A stretch of DNA of 64,000 nucleotides, taken from NCBI RefSeq assembly GCF_036321535.1, contig NC_087447.1, forward strand, positions 35,838,001-35,902,000. The letters are read 5' to 3'. A program made the position numbers and the translations under genes. Shown here piece by piece: positions 38,444 through 52,580 of this stretch. Origin of the DNA: Camelus dromedarius (taxonomy: Eukaryota). The notes below the pieces were generated by a model, which was given only the letters and a program-made list of their open reading frames with translations, searched no databases and was not told the DNA's origin. Positions within the stretch are counted from its first letter, which is position 1. Each line of letters starts with the position of its first letter.

Positions 38444-41293
38444 CAGACCTCTTTTCCAGCTTATGGGAATGAGTGTGGATTTGGGCCGCATATTTAAGGC
38501 TGTCAAGTGAAAAATCATAAGGCTTTGGCCCCCATTCAAGAGTGAGAAACAGATCCCAGTGCTGGGATCAAATGACCATGGGCTGGCTTAGAGTCGGGGG
38601 CTGGGGCAGCAGCAGACAGGCTGGCCTGGGCTTCGGTGTCTTCTCAGAAGGATGGCAGAAAATGAAGCCTATGTGGCAGGGACTTTGCTGAATTCCAGAA
38701 AGTGCAGCTGAAGGCCGGGGCCCCAGAGGGTCAGCTCAAGGTATAAAGCCCCCGGTTTCTCTCACCGACAGGACAGTCACAGCTCCCCTCAACAACTCTA
38801 CAAAGTAGGTACTACTATCATCACCAAGCCCATAGTATTAAGAGAAAATTGAGATACGAAGAAGTTAAATGGCTTTCGTTAGGTCGCACAGTAAGGAACC
38901 AGTGGAGCTGGGACTCAGAACCCAGGACTCTGGCTCGGGACACTGGATCCTCCCCAACACTGAGCTGTTCGGGGCGGGGCCACCCTCACTGGGATGTCTC
39001 AGTTTCCAGACTGTTGGCAAGACAGTTCTCTCCACAACTGAAGAACAAGTAATGTTCTGCTGTCCAGGGGAGGTTACCTCCTCCTCATGTGACCTACAGA
39101 TGCTGCTGAGGCCTTCTGCTTCCTGATGCCTGGAATCTCACCATGTGAAATCCATCTCCAGCTATTCTTAGTTATTGGCACCTCAGAGTGAACGAGCATA
39201 TCAGTCCTTATCGAGACTCAGTGAGTGAGACAATAAAGAGGGCTTTGAGCCCCCGGTTAGAGGAGAAGAGCTGGGAAAGTGTGCCACTGGGCAGGACGGG
39301 AAGAGGATATGAATGAAGGGAGGCTGGGGACATGGGTGACAAAAGCCTTGAGCCATTAGGTCACCCAGAACTGGCAGGGGGGAAGGACTAGAATGGGCTT
39401 CAGCTTCCTTTTTTATGAAGTCTGACTCCCTCTTGCTATCAATTCTCATGTATTGGAAACTTGTTCCCTGTTGAACCCAAAGTTAATGCAGATATTGGCA
39501 TTAACCACTTAAGCAAAAAGATCCAGAGAATGTCTATAGAGATGGGGGCCTAAAGCAGTAGCTGGCCTTCTGTGGGGGCCATGAGGGGCACTGCTGAGGC
39601 CAGAGTCCACCTGGGAAACTGGATCAGACATGAGAATCCACTTCAGTACCAAGACTGAGTGCTCCATCCAGGCCAAGGACTGCCCACACACCATCCATCG
39701 CCTCCCACACGCACAGCAGACACCACTCCTTCAATCCCAGTGCGCTGTCTAACCAGCCAACCAGGCAGCCTTTAAAACTCAGCAAGTCTGGCCCAGAAGA
39801 AGAACTCCACTTGCCACATTTGGATCTAACTCCTGTTTTCGGGTATTCAGGAAAACTGAGACCAAAAAGAGGGTGACTTGTCCATGGTCCCCCTAAGTTG
39901 GTGGCACTGTTGCCATTTCTACTGCACTACACAGTGGGGGAAAAAAGAAAAAGAAAAAGGCTGGGAATTCAAGGATGCCCTTTGACCCTGAACTTTTAGC
40001 ATTTTATCCATCTCACTGAAGTTGTTTCCCACATCTACTCCCTGGGGTTGAGCCGGCTTTGAGCCTCTCACCTCTGCATCTGGAAGTCAGAGTGAAAAGG
40101 CTGAGTTTACGGCCCCTGTGCTTCCAGGACACCTCCTCTGGGCTGGTGCAGGGCTGGGAAGCTAGTTTTTAACCCGACTCCAACCTAATTCCCAAGACTA
40201 AGATTTGGAGAAGAATCTGTTTCCAGGGCTGAAAGCCTTTTTCTCCTCCTGTCCCTGCAGTGACCCTTCCCAGTTCCCTGGAGCCTGGGCTGGCCATGCC
40301 TCTGTGAGAACTGGAGGGGGCAGGAGCAGCCCCCTGGGAAAGGCAGGTGGGGCTGGTGCAGGGAGAGGGCAGAGGGCCAGAGGGCCTCGAGTTTGCCACC
40401 CACTGGCCTTAATAAAAGTAAGATTGCTACTGACTACTAGGTATTTAATATGTGTCAAACACTATGCTAAGCCCTAAACCTGTAGTGACATTTAATCACT
40501 GCAAGACACCAGTAAGAGGTGGACAGTGATCTTATTTTCACTAAGGAAACTGAGGCACTAAGACTTAAGTGACACTCCTGAGGTTAATTAGCACACTTCA
40601 CACTGCAGAGTGAACCAACCAAAGCCCAAGTCAGATCATATAACTGCTCTATTTAACACTCTTCAGTGGCTCCCTTGCTGTCCTCAGGACAAACTCCAAA
40701 CTCCTCAGCCTGGCATTCAAATCCTCCATCACCTGGCCTCTGACAACCTCTCCAGCCCAGTCTCTTGTCCACCACTTCTTTCACTTTCGCCTCACTGAAC
40801 TCGTTGGTTTCATGGGCTTGCTGGGCGCCACCACTTCCCTGTGTCTTTGCACGTGCTCACCCTACCCATGCCCCCTCATGCCCACATGAACCTCTATGCA
40901 TCCTTTAAGGCCCAGGTCAGCTGTGAAAGAGGAACACGGGGCTTGGCATAGAACCTGAGCTCAGTCAGTGTGAGCTCCTGTTCCCTCCTGAGGTGGACCC
41001 TTTGGGGTGGAAGTGACAGAAACTCAACTCAAGGCGACCACTTAAGTGAAAAATCCTGGAATATTTGACGTCAGGTCTGGCTGGATCTGAATGTTAAAAC
41101 AATGGCATCAGGAATCTGTTATGGCTATCTGTAATTGTCAGGGGTCAAGAGAGAAAGAGATTTTAAGGAACTGGCTCACATGATTATGGTGCTTGGTAGG
41201 TCCAAAATCTGCAAGGCAGGGCAGCAGGCTGGAGACCCAGAGAAGAGCTGACATTGCAGCTAAAGCCCCAACAGGGTCCCAACAGGCCACCAG

Positions 41294-41295
<2 letters not shown>

Positions 41296-41336
<41 letters not shown>
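41296..41336. repeat. (CA)n microsatellite
   Basis: About 20 perfect CA units. Confidence 0.95.
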
Positions 41337-41343
<7 letters not shown>

Positions 41344-41834
41344 TACACACGCAGGCTGGGTTTTTAATATTCACTTTCATTAATTTAAACCTGAATATTT
41401 GCAGGAGGTATTTGAGGTCAGAGACAGATTTCTTACAGGAAATGATTATGAAGTCAGCTCCTCCTTCCCCCTTCCCTTCATTGTCCCACATCTTACCCCT
41501 GAGGTGATGAGATGGAAACCAGGTGGAAAAATCTCCTACATGAGTGATGGTGCACTCCATAGGCAAGGGGTGGAAAACAATGGGTTTTCTCCACTTATAA
41601 TTAGGAGAGAGATAGCCATTCCCCACCCCTGGTAGAAAGGGGAGTTTAAAAAACAAAAACAAAAACAAAAACTTTGCTTCTTTGAGAAGGGAGGGATTCT
41701 CACTCTAAACTTTGGGAATGGACACACCTAGGGAGACAGTGCTCTAGTCTTCCTGGCACCTTAACCTGGGACCTGGTCCTGCCTATAACCTTCCGGCCTC
41801 TTGGGGAGATAAGAGAAGTTTTATTTTCCTTTCT

Positions 41835-42360
41835 TAAAATTGTGGTAAAATACACATAAAATTTACTGTCTTAATCATTTTAAGTGCACAGTTCAGTGAT
41901 ATTTAGTACATTCATATTATTGTGCAACCATCACCACCATCCATCTCCAAAACTGTTCTTTTATCTTGCAGAACTGAAACCCTGTACCCATTAAATTTAA
42001 GATAACTCCCCAGCCCTGGCAACCACCATTCTACTTTCTGTCTCTATGAATTTGACTACTCTAAGTACCTCATATAACTAGAATCATACACTATTCGTCT
42101 TTTTGTGACTGGCTTACTTCACTTAGCATAATTTCTTCAAGGTTCATCCATGTTGTAGCATGTGACTTTAAGGCTGAATAATGTTCCACTGTGTGGCTAT
42201 ACTACATTTTGCTTATCCATTCACTTCTGAACACTTGGGTTGCTTCTACCTTTGGCTATTGTGAATAACACTCCTATGAACATGGGTGTACAAATATCTC
42301 TTTGAGACTCTGCTTTTAATGATTTTAGACACGTACCTCAAGTGGAATTGCTAGATATGC
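41835..42360 (-). mobile_element. L1 (L1M-type) 3' fragment
   Basis: Typical antisense L1 3'UTR text: ttttaagtgcacagttcagt..., ttcaaggttcatccatgttgtagcatg. Confidence 0.8.
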
Positions 42361-43536
42361 TTTGTTATCCTGTTGGGTCAGAGCAATTACCTAGACAAAT
42401 GGCTGCAGATCTAATTCTCATGGTACATGAAGGGCAAAACGTTTCTAGGGAAAGTGAAAGCAAAAATCCCCTCTTTATATCTTGGACATTTTCAAGTCTC
42501 AGGAGGCTGGGAAGACTAACCAGCGAGCTCCCTCGGTGTATTACCACTGTATCTCCGGCATTTCGTAAGGTGCCTAGCACATAGTGTGTGCTCAATAGAG
42601 ATATGTCAACAAGTGAATGAGAAAGAATCTGTCAAAAACAAAGAAAGTGCACCTACCTGATAGGATGTAAATCAATGAGAAAGTGGAATCCAATTTATAG
42701 ACATCAAATTTTCAATTAGCTGAACAAGGACACAGCTGTTATGCCCATACGTAAACATCATCACCAATCGATGTGTTTATTCATTCGTCCACTCATTCAT
42801 TCATTTCACAAATATTGAGATCTGAGCACCTACTCTGTGCCAGAACCAAAGCTACTCAAGACTCAGTCTCAGCCCCTCGAGGGGCAGGCAGACCCACAAG
42901 TGAGTCATCACAATACTGGGTGGCAAGGGCAGTGACCGGAACTGTACAAAGTGCTGGGAGACCAAAGGGAGGGAACTTTAAGTGGAACCACCTTACGGGA
43001 GAGTCAGGGAAGGCTTCACTGAGGAAGTGACATTTGAGCCCAGGGCTGACAGCTGAGACACAGGCAGTCAGTGGGTGAAGGAGTCTATTTTTAGCTTCCA
43101 TTGCCTGGTGCTGGGCACACCCAACAGGTGCTTCCTAAATGTGGATTATCCGAATGAACAGTGGGGCAGAATCCACATGGGGAGCTCCTTAGCTGGAAAT
43201 TCCAGAGCACTAGCAATTGCCCTCCTATTGTCCTCCATGACATCCCAGCAAGGTTCCCTCACTGCATCTGGAAAGTCTGATTCCAGCTTCCCCACCTTTA
43301 CACACCCTGCTATCCCTCCCAAACTGGACAGTCTCCCCTTCTACCCTGTCCAGGCTGGGCCATCACCCAAGGCCACCTTTCCCCTAAAGCTTCAAGAAGG
43401 CTAACTCTCCAAGTCCAGTCATCACTTTAAAAAAAAAAAAAGATGTATGTTTATCTTGTTTTCCCAACCTGATTGTAAGCCCCTGAGGGTAGGGACAATC
43501 TGTTATTCCTAATTAGAAGACAATGGCGGTCAACAG

Positions 43537-43715
43537 CAGTTGTTCCCAAACTCTACCTGCTTCAGAATCACCCAGAGGACTTGTTAAAACAGATTTCTTA
43601 ACTCCACCCACAGAGCTTCAGGCTTAGTAGGTCTAGGGTGGGCTGGAGAATCTGCATTTCTAATAAATTCCTAGGTGATGCGGTTGGTCCAGGGACCTCA
43701 TTTTGAGAATCACTA
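43537..43715. mobile_element. MER5A-like DNA transposon
   Basis: cagttgttcccaaact...agaatcacc...gaatctgcatttctaa...ttttgagaatcact. Confidence 0.75.
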
Positions 43716-44984
43716 GTATGGGAAGCCTGAGGGTTCCAGATCCAGCTGAACCTGGGTTTCAACTCAGGCTCTGAATCTCACTGCCTGTGTGAGTTAGGGC
43801 AAGTCCCTTAGCCTCCCTGGGCTTTAGTTTCTTCAGGACACAATAATACTAGGTTTGCAGGGTTACAGGGGACCCAGCTGGCACACAGTGGATACCCAAT
43901 AAATGCCTGTAATTACTGGCTAATTGCTTCAGTTGCAGATCTGAGCACCTATTGACTGAGCCAAGTTATTTCTCCTAATTAGGAGAGCAAGCAACACCTC
44001 AAAACCCTCCTCCCCAACCTTCCTCCACCTCTCCCATCAACAGGCTGGACCAGCAAAGGAATTTGATTTGATTTCTCTAGGTCCAGAGGAAAAAATGGCA
44101 CTTCTTTCCAAACCACCAGGCTCACTCTTCTTAATAAAACTTCTCCAGGATCTGTCCTTTGCCCAAGCCCCACCTACATCATTAAATGATTATCTTCTCA
44201 AGAGCACACCGGCTACTCAAAAAGCTTAAAATTAAATATAGTCACCAATTTGAATTTTTAATGTACTAATTTTAGCTAAAAATAGATTTTTGACTCTACA
44301 TGGGGCATGATCGGGGAGTGCTTCAGCAATGTTGCCTTCAAGCAGGTATGTTAGGTAGTGGTCGTGAGTCTGTCTCAACGCCCCTGTCTCTCTCACCCCA
44401 ACTCTCCTTCCCTCCCTCCCTTTCAGACCTCTGCTTGCCTGAGTGGAGAGGTCTTTCTTTGCCCAAGCAACAGAGAAGGGTCTTCTTCCCTCTGCCCCAG
44501 CAGAAACACAGTGGCAGGCATGCCCACACATCTCCATTTACATACGGAGTTTTCACCAGTGCACCAAGAATTTGGCTGTGTACTTACGTACAGGTGTACA
44601 CTCAAGGAGCCAAGTCTAACTAAGGTCCCTGGGCTTGCTCTGCAGACACCGCTTCCAGACAAGTCCCCACCACCACCTCACACCTCCTTCCAACTAGAAA
44701 GCTCCCACTCCCCTTTTGGCTTTCTACTTTTACCCCCACCCTGACCCCAGCCCCACCCTGTTTCTTAGCAAGATGTTCGAAGTAGAAGCCTGAGCTCTGC
44801 CACCTATTTTGCTGGGGGTCCTTAGGCCAGTAAGTTTTCCTCTCTGCCTTATTTGCACCTGTATGGTGATGATTCTATCACCTGCTTGAAAGGGAGATAA
44901 CGATCAATGATAATATTGTAAGGGACTTGGCACTTTTTTCTTACACACCCGTTTTAGGGAGGGATTCAATTATTAAAAACCAAC

Positions 44985-45555
44985 AAGTATTACAGCATTA
45001 CTCACAATAGCCGAGACACGGAATCAACCTGAGTGTCCATGGATATGTAAATGGATTTTAAAAAGTGATATATAAATGTGTGTATATACATACATACATA
45101 CAATGGAATGTTAGCCATAAAAAGAAGGAAATCCTGCCCTTCACAACAAAACAGATGAATATGTGGGTGTTATGCTAAGTTAAATAAGTCAGAGAAATAC
45201 AGATACTGTATGACCTCACCTACATGTGGAATCTTAAAAAGGTGTAGAGGGTAGGGGTGAGGGGTGGGGAAAATGGATGAAGGTGGTCAAAAGCTATAAA
45301 CTTCCAGTTATAAGAAAAATAAGTTCTGAAGATATAATATTCAGCATGGTGACTATGGTTAACAATACTGTGCTGTATATTTTAAAGTTGCTAAGAGAGA
45401 TATTAAAAATTCTTATCACAAGAAAAAAATCATAACTATGTGAGGAGATGGATGTTAAGTAATGATAATCATATACATATAATCATTATGTTAAATTATG
45501 TCATATTAAACTTATCCAATGTTATATGTCAATTATATCTGATAAAACTAGGAAG
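44985..45555 (+). mobile_element. L1 (L1MA-like) 3' fragment
   Basis: cacaatagcc...aacctgagtgtccat...atgctaagttaaataagtcagag...tgtcaattatatct. Confidence 0.8.
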
Positions 45556-48500
45556 GAGGAACAGTGTCTTGACCAGTGTCTTGTCTTTGGACAAGCAGCC
45601 CTCAGCTGATCTGAGAATGGAAAAGCTTGATATGTTTGCCAGGCTTTCTCACACATCGGATCCTTGAGAAAGGATCAAGGAGGCTGACTTGCCTAAGGTC
45701 ACATGGCTAGTCAGAGGTAGAAGTAGGACCTGAACTTCCCTAGCATAGAGTTTGGGTCCAGGAGTGTCTGCTCAGGAGACAGGAGCTGAGGTCCCTCTCG
45801 GTGGGGGAGGAGAAGGAGGGAGGAAGCTGAAGGGAAGACAGGTGGTTCAGCAGCATTCCCCCCTCACCTGGCCTCAGCGCAGACAGCTGAGACCATGCTG
45901 TGTCTGCCAGAGGCACCTGTCAGGGACCAGGCTGTGCCAGAGAGAGGTGTCCTCTCTGGCTGAGCCCAGATGGGGATTCTGCTGCAAGGTGACATCAGGT
46001 GGGGAGAGGGGCCAGCCAGCGCACCTTATGGATCTCCATGCAGCTCACATGTAATCTTTCCACTCCATCACTAATGGAAGTTGCCTCCAAAGCAAATTAC
46101 CACAAGGTCATCTGCAAGCCTGCTTCACCCATAAGTGAGGCCCTAGTCAGCAGGGCCCCCTCACACTCAGGACCTCCCAACCGGCTCCCCATCTGATGCC
46201 AGTGACTGATGCCATGACCAAGCATTTCCTTTGGTTTTTAAAACAGAGAAAAGGCAAGTGCAGGTTTCCCCAGAGGTCTATTCTTTGGGCCCTGGACTTC
46301 CTCCTCAGGAGGCAAAGTCTGAGAGAGAGAAAAATCCTCAGGACCCCCACACCCCTTAAGCGGGTGGTTAACAGTGCAGGCTTTGAAGCCAAGCCTAACT
46401 GGGTTTGAGTCCTTTCTCTACCAATTCCCAGCTGTGTGATCTTGGGAAAAGAATTTAAGTCCTCTGAGCCTCAGTTTATTCTGATAGTAGTAACTACTAA
46501 GCAGTTCCTCTGAGGTTTAACACAGGTAAAGTGTGGGGCATACACGAAGTATTCAACAAATGGTGAAACAAAAAGGAGAAAATCCTACTCTCTGTCCCAG
46601 TAACCTGTCCAGGAAGAGAGCAGGTCATCACAGAAGGGAAACAAGGCACACTTGAGAAACCCCAGTTAGGTGTACAAGCCCAAGGGAAATGCTGAGTTGC
46701 TCCGGGAAACGAGGGGCATGTTTTTAAGAAGAGGCTGTGTGGGGAAAGGTAGAGGAGATAGAAGAAAACACACAAAAGAGAAGACCTTGGCGGCTGGAGA
46801 AGAAATGGGGGATTTTACTAAGATGTGCTAAGTTTAAATTGCATCATTCCCACCTCCCCCTGAAGAGTTCAGTAAAGCCTCCATTTTTATTCGCTGCACT
46901 GGGGAGCTGGATCTTTTGGGGATGCAATGGGAGGATGGGTTTGACCCATCCAAGAGGCCTCTAGGGTGTAGAGCAAACAGGCTATGCATGGAGTTGCCCC
47001 CTGGCTTGTGTTACCGTAGTGAGAGTGACCTTGGACCAAAGCTTTACTGGGCAAGAACAAGATCTTTATTTATTTCATTTTTTATTTCAAGCCCCTACCC
47101 CTTCCAAGTTGGCAGAAAACATTGACACTGGGCTTTCTTGGAGTTCCTTTTCCACCTCCTCAGTTATGTGGTGACAAAAGGCTGGGGAGGGTTCATCCTA
47201 TTCCTGTATCACCCACCCAGGCAAGTATGGTGGAGGGTCCCCTGCCTCTGTAAGTCTGGTGGCCCTGCTCTGGGGCAAGGGAATCTTTCTTTAAAACAGC
47301 CCTTGTATTGATTTTCTGGTACAACTGACACTTAGTCTTTCCCTTGCTGGGTTGCTATACACCCCTCAAACCCCCAGCCTGATACACACTCATATACACA
47401 CACACACACAGCAGGCAAGCAGGGCGCCAGGCACAGCTTCCTGCTCTCAAGAGCTCCTCTCTCTTTGGTACACCCATCGTGTGTTTTCCACCTGGAATCT
47501 GCTTCAGTCATCTGCCTGAAGAAAGCGTGAGAGGTGGGGTAGAGGACGTCTTTCCAAGTCAGTACAGATAGCCCTACTTTATTCTCTGCACTTGTCGCAT
47601 CGTATGGATAATACAATGATTTTTGGTTTTGTTTGTTTTGAACCACCTCACTATTGATTGGGGGTTATTGAAAGGGTCAATTTCTTGAAATATCACCCCC
47701 ACTCTATTCTGTTACCCTGTCACCGGTATCATCCTGAAGGCCTGCTCTGTCATGGTCACTGACACACCTGAACAGCCAGACAGAGACGGGGCACTACAAC
47801 CTGAACAATATCAGAGGTGGTAAGGACTCTTTTGCAGACTTGCTCCAACCCAACTCTTTCCGTGCACAAAGGAGGGTGAAGGGGCCTGCCTTTGGCCACA
47901 CCCATTCAGTGGGTCAGAGAGCCAGTGCAAGAATCCAGGTCCCTGAAATCCGTCCCAGGTTTTCCACTCTGCCAAGAGGAAGGCTGAGAATTCTCAAAGG
48001 GGATTGACTACCCTTGCTCCAAGCCTGCTCCCAGTGCAAGTCCTCCTTCCCTCCCCGGGCATCTGGAGCAAGCCATCTACTTTGGAGGCGGGAAAGTGTG
48101 AGACCCAGCGCCTCCCCATAAAGACGTGTAGCTCCGTGTCTGTTTCTGTTGTAGAAATAAATGGTTTCATGCCACACTGATTTCTCTACATCTTTGCCTT
48201 GGTCACCTTTCCTTGTCAGGATACATAATTCTACTTTATTCTCTGTATTTGCCTCACAGTATTCCACAGTCTAGAGTTATCATGTTGGGTTTTTTTTGGG
48301 GGGGGGTTGTTTGTTTTGTTTTAACCAACCCTCTATTGATGAACATTTAGGTTATTTCAAAGATTGCAATCCACGCTACAGCAGAAGTGCTTTCATGCCT
48401 CTTTGTGCACTTAACTCTACACTTTTCAAATAACTCTGGCACCCACACCATGGGCAGTGTGATGGGTGTCTTCACTACGAAGCTAGGTGTAGGGAAGGGT

Positions 48501-50699
48501 GGAATTTGCCCACAGTCACGCAGTAGGTTTGTGCTAGAGCTGGCAAACGTGGAGCCCCCACCTCAGCCTCCAGACCTAATACTCTCTTAGTGCCAGTTAG
48601 TGATCATGTAACTGTCCTCTAGTTTGGGTCCAGTTTGAATTGGCCATGGTGGTCTGCTTATTTCAAATGGCCCAGAAAAGGCAAGTGTGTGGGTTGTGCC
48701 AAGCACTGTGTCCTCAGTGCCAAGAAAGGGAAAGACCACTAGAAACCTTCATTGGTTGACAGGGTCCCATGTGTGGGCCCCCAGGAGATGATGTAGCCTG
48801 GACCATCTTCCAGGCTTACAAAGCACACTTAAACCTGTGATCTCATTTTAATCTTCTAGGGTCTGTATTATTTACCTTCCCCTTTTAGAAAAGAGGAAAT
48901 TGAAGCACAGAATGGTGACTTGTCCCACATGATACAACTAGTGGTGGTGGAGCCAGGACAAGGGACTTGTTCTTTAAAAATACATACACTATTACTACTG
49001 AAAGGGAAAACAAATTGCTGTAAGTATGAAAAACTGAAATAATAACTACAGAAACAAAATGGCAACACTGCAGAAAGAAACTCGGGGCCAAAACCAAAAC
49101 AAAACAAAACAAAAGCAAAAACCTAAAAACAATCTTGTTAGGTGATAAAGGGCACATCATCTCATCCGTTTGAACCTCAGTTGTTTCATTTTTAAACAAA
49201 GAGAACGGTAATAACAATAATAACATGCACAGCAATGGGGCTGACACACACTACACACCACCCTCATGCAATAGCCATTTCCACATCTGAGCTTCCCCTG
49301 GGGGCTTGCATTCACACATACATACTTAATACGGCTGTCATCAAAGGAAACACACAATTTTGCTTCCTGCTTTTTCACCTGACATTGTCTCATAAGCTTT
49401 TCCCACTCGGCTACCTGGACTCAGCAATCACTTTTCCAGTGGCTGCATTTACCCAGATTAATTAATTCCTGCCACTGGTGCTGGACATTTATCACCACCA
49501 AGTTTTCACTATTTTGGCTGATGTTTTCAGCCTCAGAGACCCAAAAGTCTGAGACTGCCTGAGGCCTTCAGACCCTGAGCTCCTGCTCTCCCCAGGCTGT
49601 TTACCCAGCCCCACCTGCCCTCTGTCCTGGTGCCTGGTTCAGCCCTTGCCTCTCTCGGGCCTGAGGCAGAGCTGAGACCTTGCCTGACGGTGTCCCGTAA
49701 AATCTCCAAGCCACAAAACATCTTCAGAACAGGCTGAGAAAAGCTCTTGGGGAAAAGGGTGAAGAGAGCTTCCCTTGATATCCCCCAGCCCTTCCTGAGA
49801 ACATATGCATTTATGCTCCATACCCTTAACTCAGGGACTTCTTCTAAAATCTAACCTGAAATCCCTTTTTCTCTTCTTTCTTCACAGGATGTAAACTTTT
49901 TTGGCCATGGACCTATGAAAATGTCTCCAGAAAGTTTAAGAAGGCATAACACTGTCTTTATAATTTCACCAGGTTCTTGAACTCCTTGAGCTTGCCTGTG
50001 CAGGTTAAGGATGCGGCTTAGGGTGACATTATCTCCTTCCACTCCTCCTGGCTGCCTTCCATTGCTTTCACTGAATACAATTCCACCACACAAGCACCTC
50101 TTTTTCAGCCTTGGGCCAGAATCTGTTCTACCCATTTACCTGTTAGTCCCTGGAGGTTTCAATAAAGTACTAGATGCACACCTGAGGGACATGGGAGGGG
50201 GTGGAAATCTGACGAGCTGGGTACAAGTTATGCTTCCCCACTTGTTGGCAGTGAGACCTTGGGTCAGTCATGTACCCTCCCTGAGCTTCAGTTTCCTCAT
50301 TAGAAAAATAGGGGAAATTATAACCTGTACTTAGCAGGAATGTTGGAAGATTCTGTTTGTGAAAACGGGGGATATGCCATAAAGCAGCTATGAGAGTCCC
50401 GTGCCTGGAATCACTGTGGAAAACATTTCAAGCCTCCCCCCTCCCCCCAAGGTAATGTTCTTCGTTGCTCTTCCTACGCACATAGACTAGGGGCTTGCTC
50501 CACTCTGCCCCACCAGGACCCTCCAATCTAACCGTGTCATGCTCAGGTGAGCCCACATCTCAGACCCCAGGCAGTGAGCTCATACTTGAGACTCCGACCG
50601 CGAACATTCAGGACCCAGGAGGACCCTCTTCCTGTCTTCTGTACCCCTCACCCTCGCACCCAGACTCGAGCGTGCCCACCCACCCAGCTTGTTTCCCCC

Positions 50700-51938
<1,239 letters not shown>

Positions 51939-52438
51939 TAAGATGTCCCCTGCCTCCCCCCAAAAGTTTTCATTCTCTAATTAAGAAAAGCAAATTTTAA
52001 AATTCATATGCAGTTTTGGGGAAGAAAGGAAAGATTGTCACAAAATTAGAAAGAGGAGATGCTGCAGAAGCAAAAAGTTGCTAGTTATTGACAAAGATAA
52101 CTAGACAGAAATAGGAAACATACTCTCATATGTGTATCAAAAATTGTACCAGCATTTACACTTCTGTTCACAACCAACTGGTTTATTTACGTGGTAATTT
52201 GTTCTATAAGAGATCAGTATATAAAATGGATATCTGCACAGGTGGGCCTCTGTGGGTCCAGGCTTCATGCTAGGACATATAGTCCACGTGTACCAGACTG
52301 GGCATTCTCATGCCCAGGTGTACAACTGGGTACACTCCTTATCCCCACCATGGACCCAATGCCTAAGCACTCTCCTGGAGTTCATGCAGCCTCCTCCAGA
52401 TGAGTCAGGCTTCTGCCTCTTCCTGTCTCTCCTTGCAG

Positions 52439-52580
52439 GATGGGGCAGTCAGAGCTCCAAGGTACATATCCACCACAGCACGTGGCTCCACTTCCCTGGG
52501 CACAACCTGCGGTGGATCCTGACCTTCATGCTGCTCTTTGTCCTGGTGTGTGAGATTGCAGAGGGCATCCTGTCTGATGG
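52439..52580 (+). CDS. ABCC8: ABCC8 exon 2 (TMD0)
   Basis: 142 nt; [48 protein letters not shown]. Confidence 0.98.

Noticed and set aside
47560..48360. Two similar segments (ctactttattctctg...ctattgat) suggesting a local duplication
   Set aside because: Both look like decayed old L1 fragments; no evidence of function.
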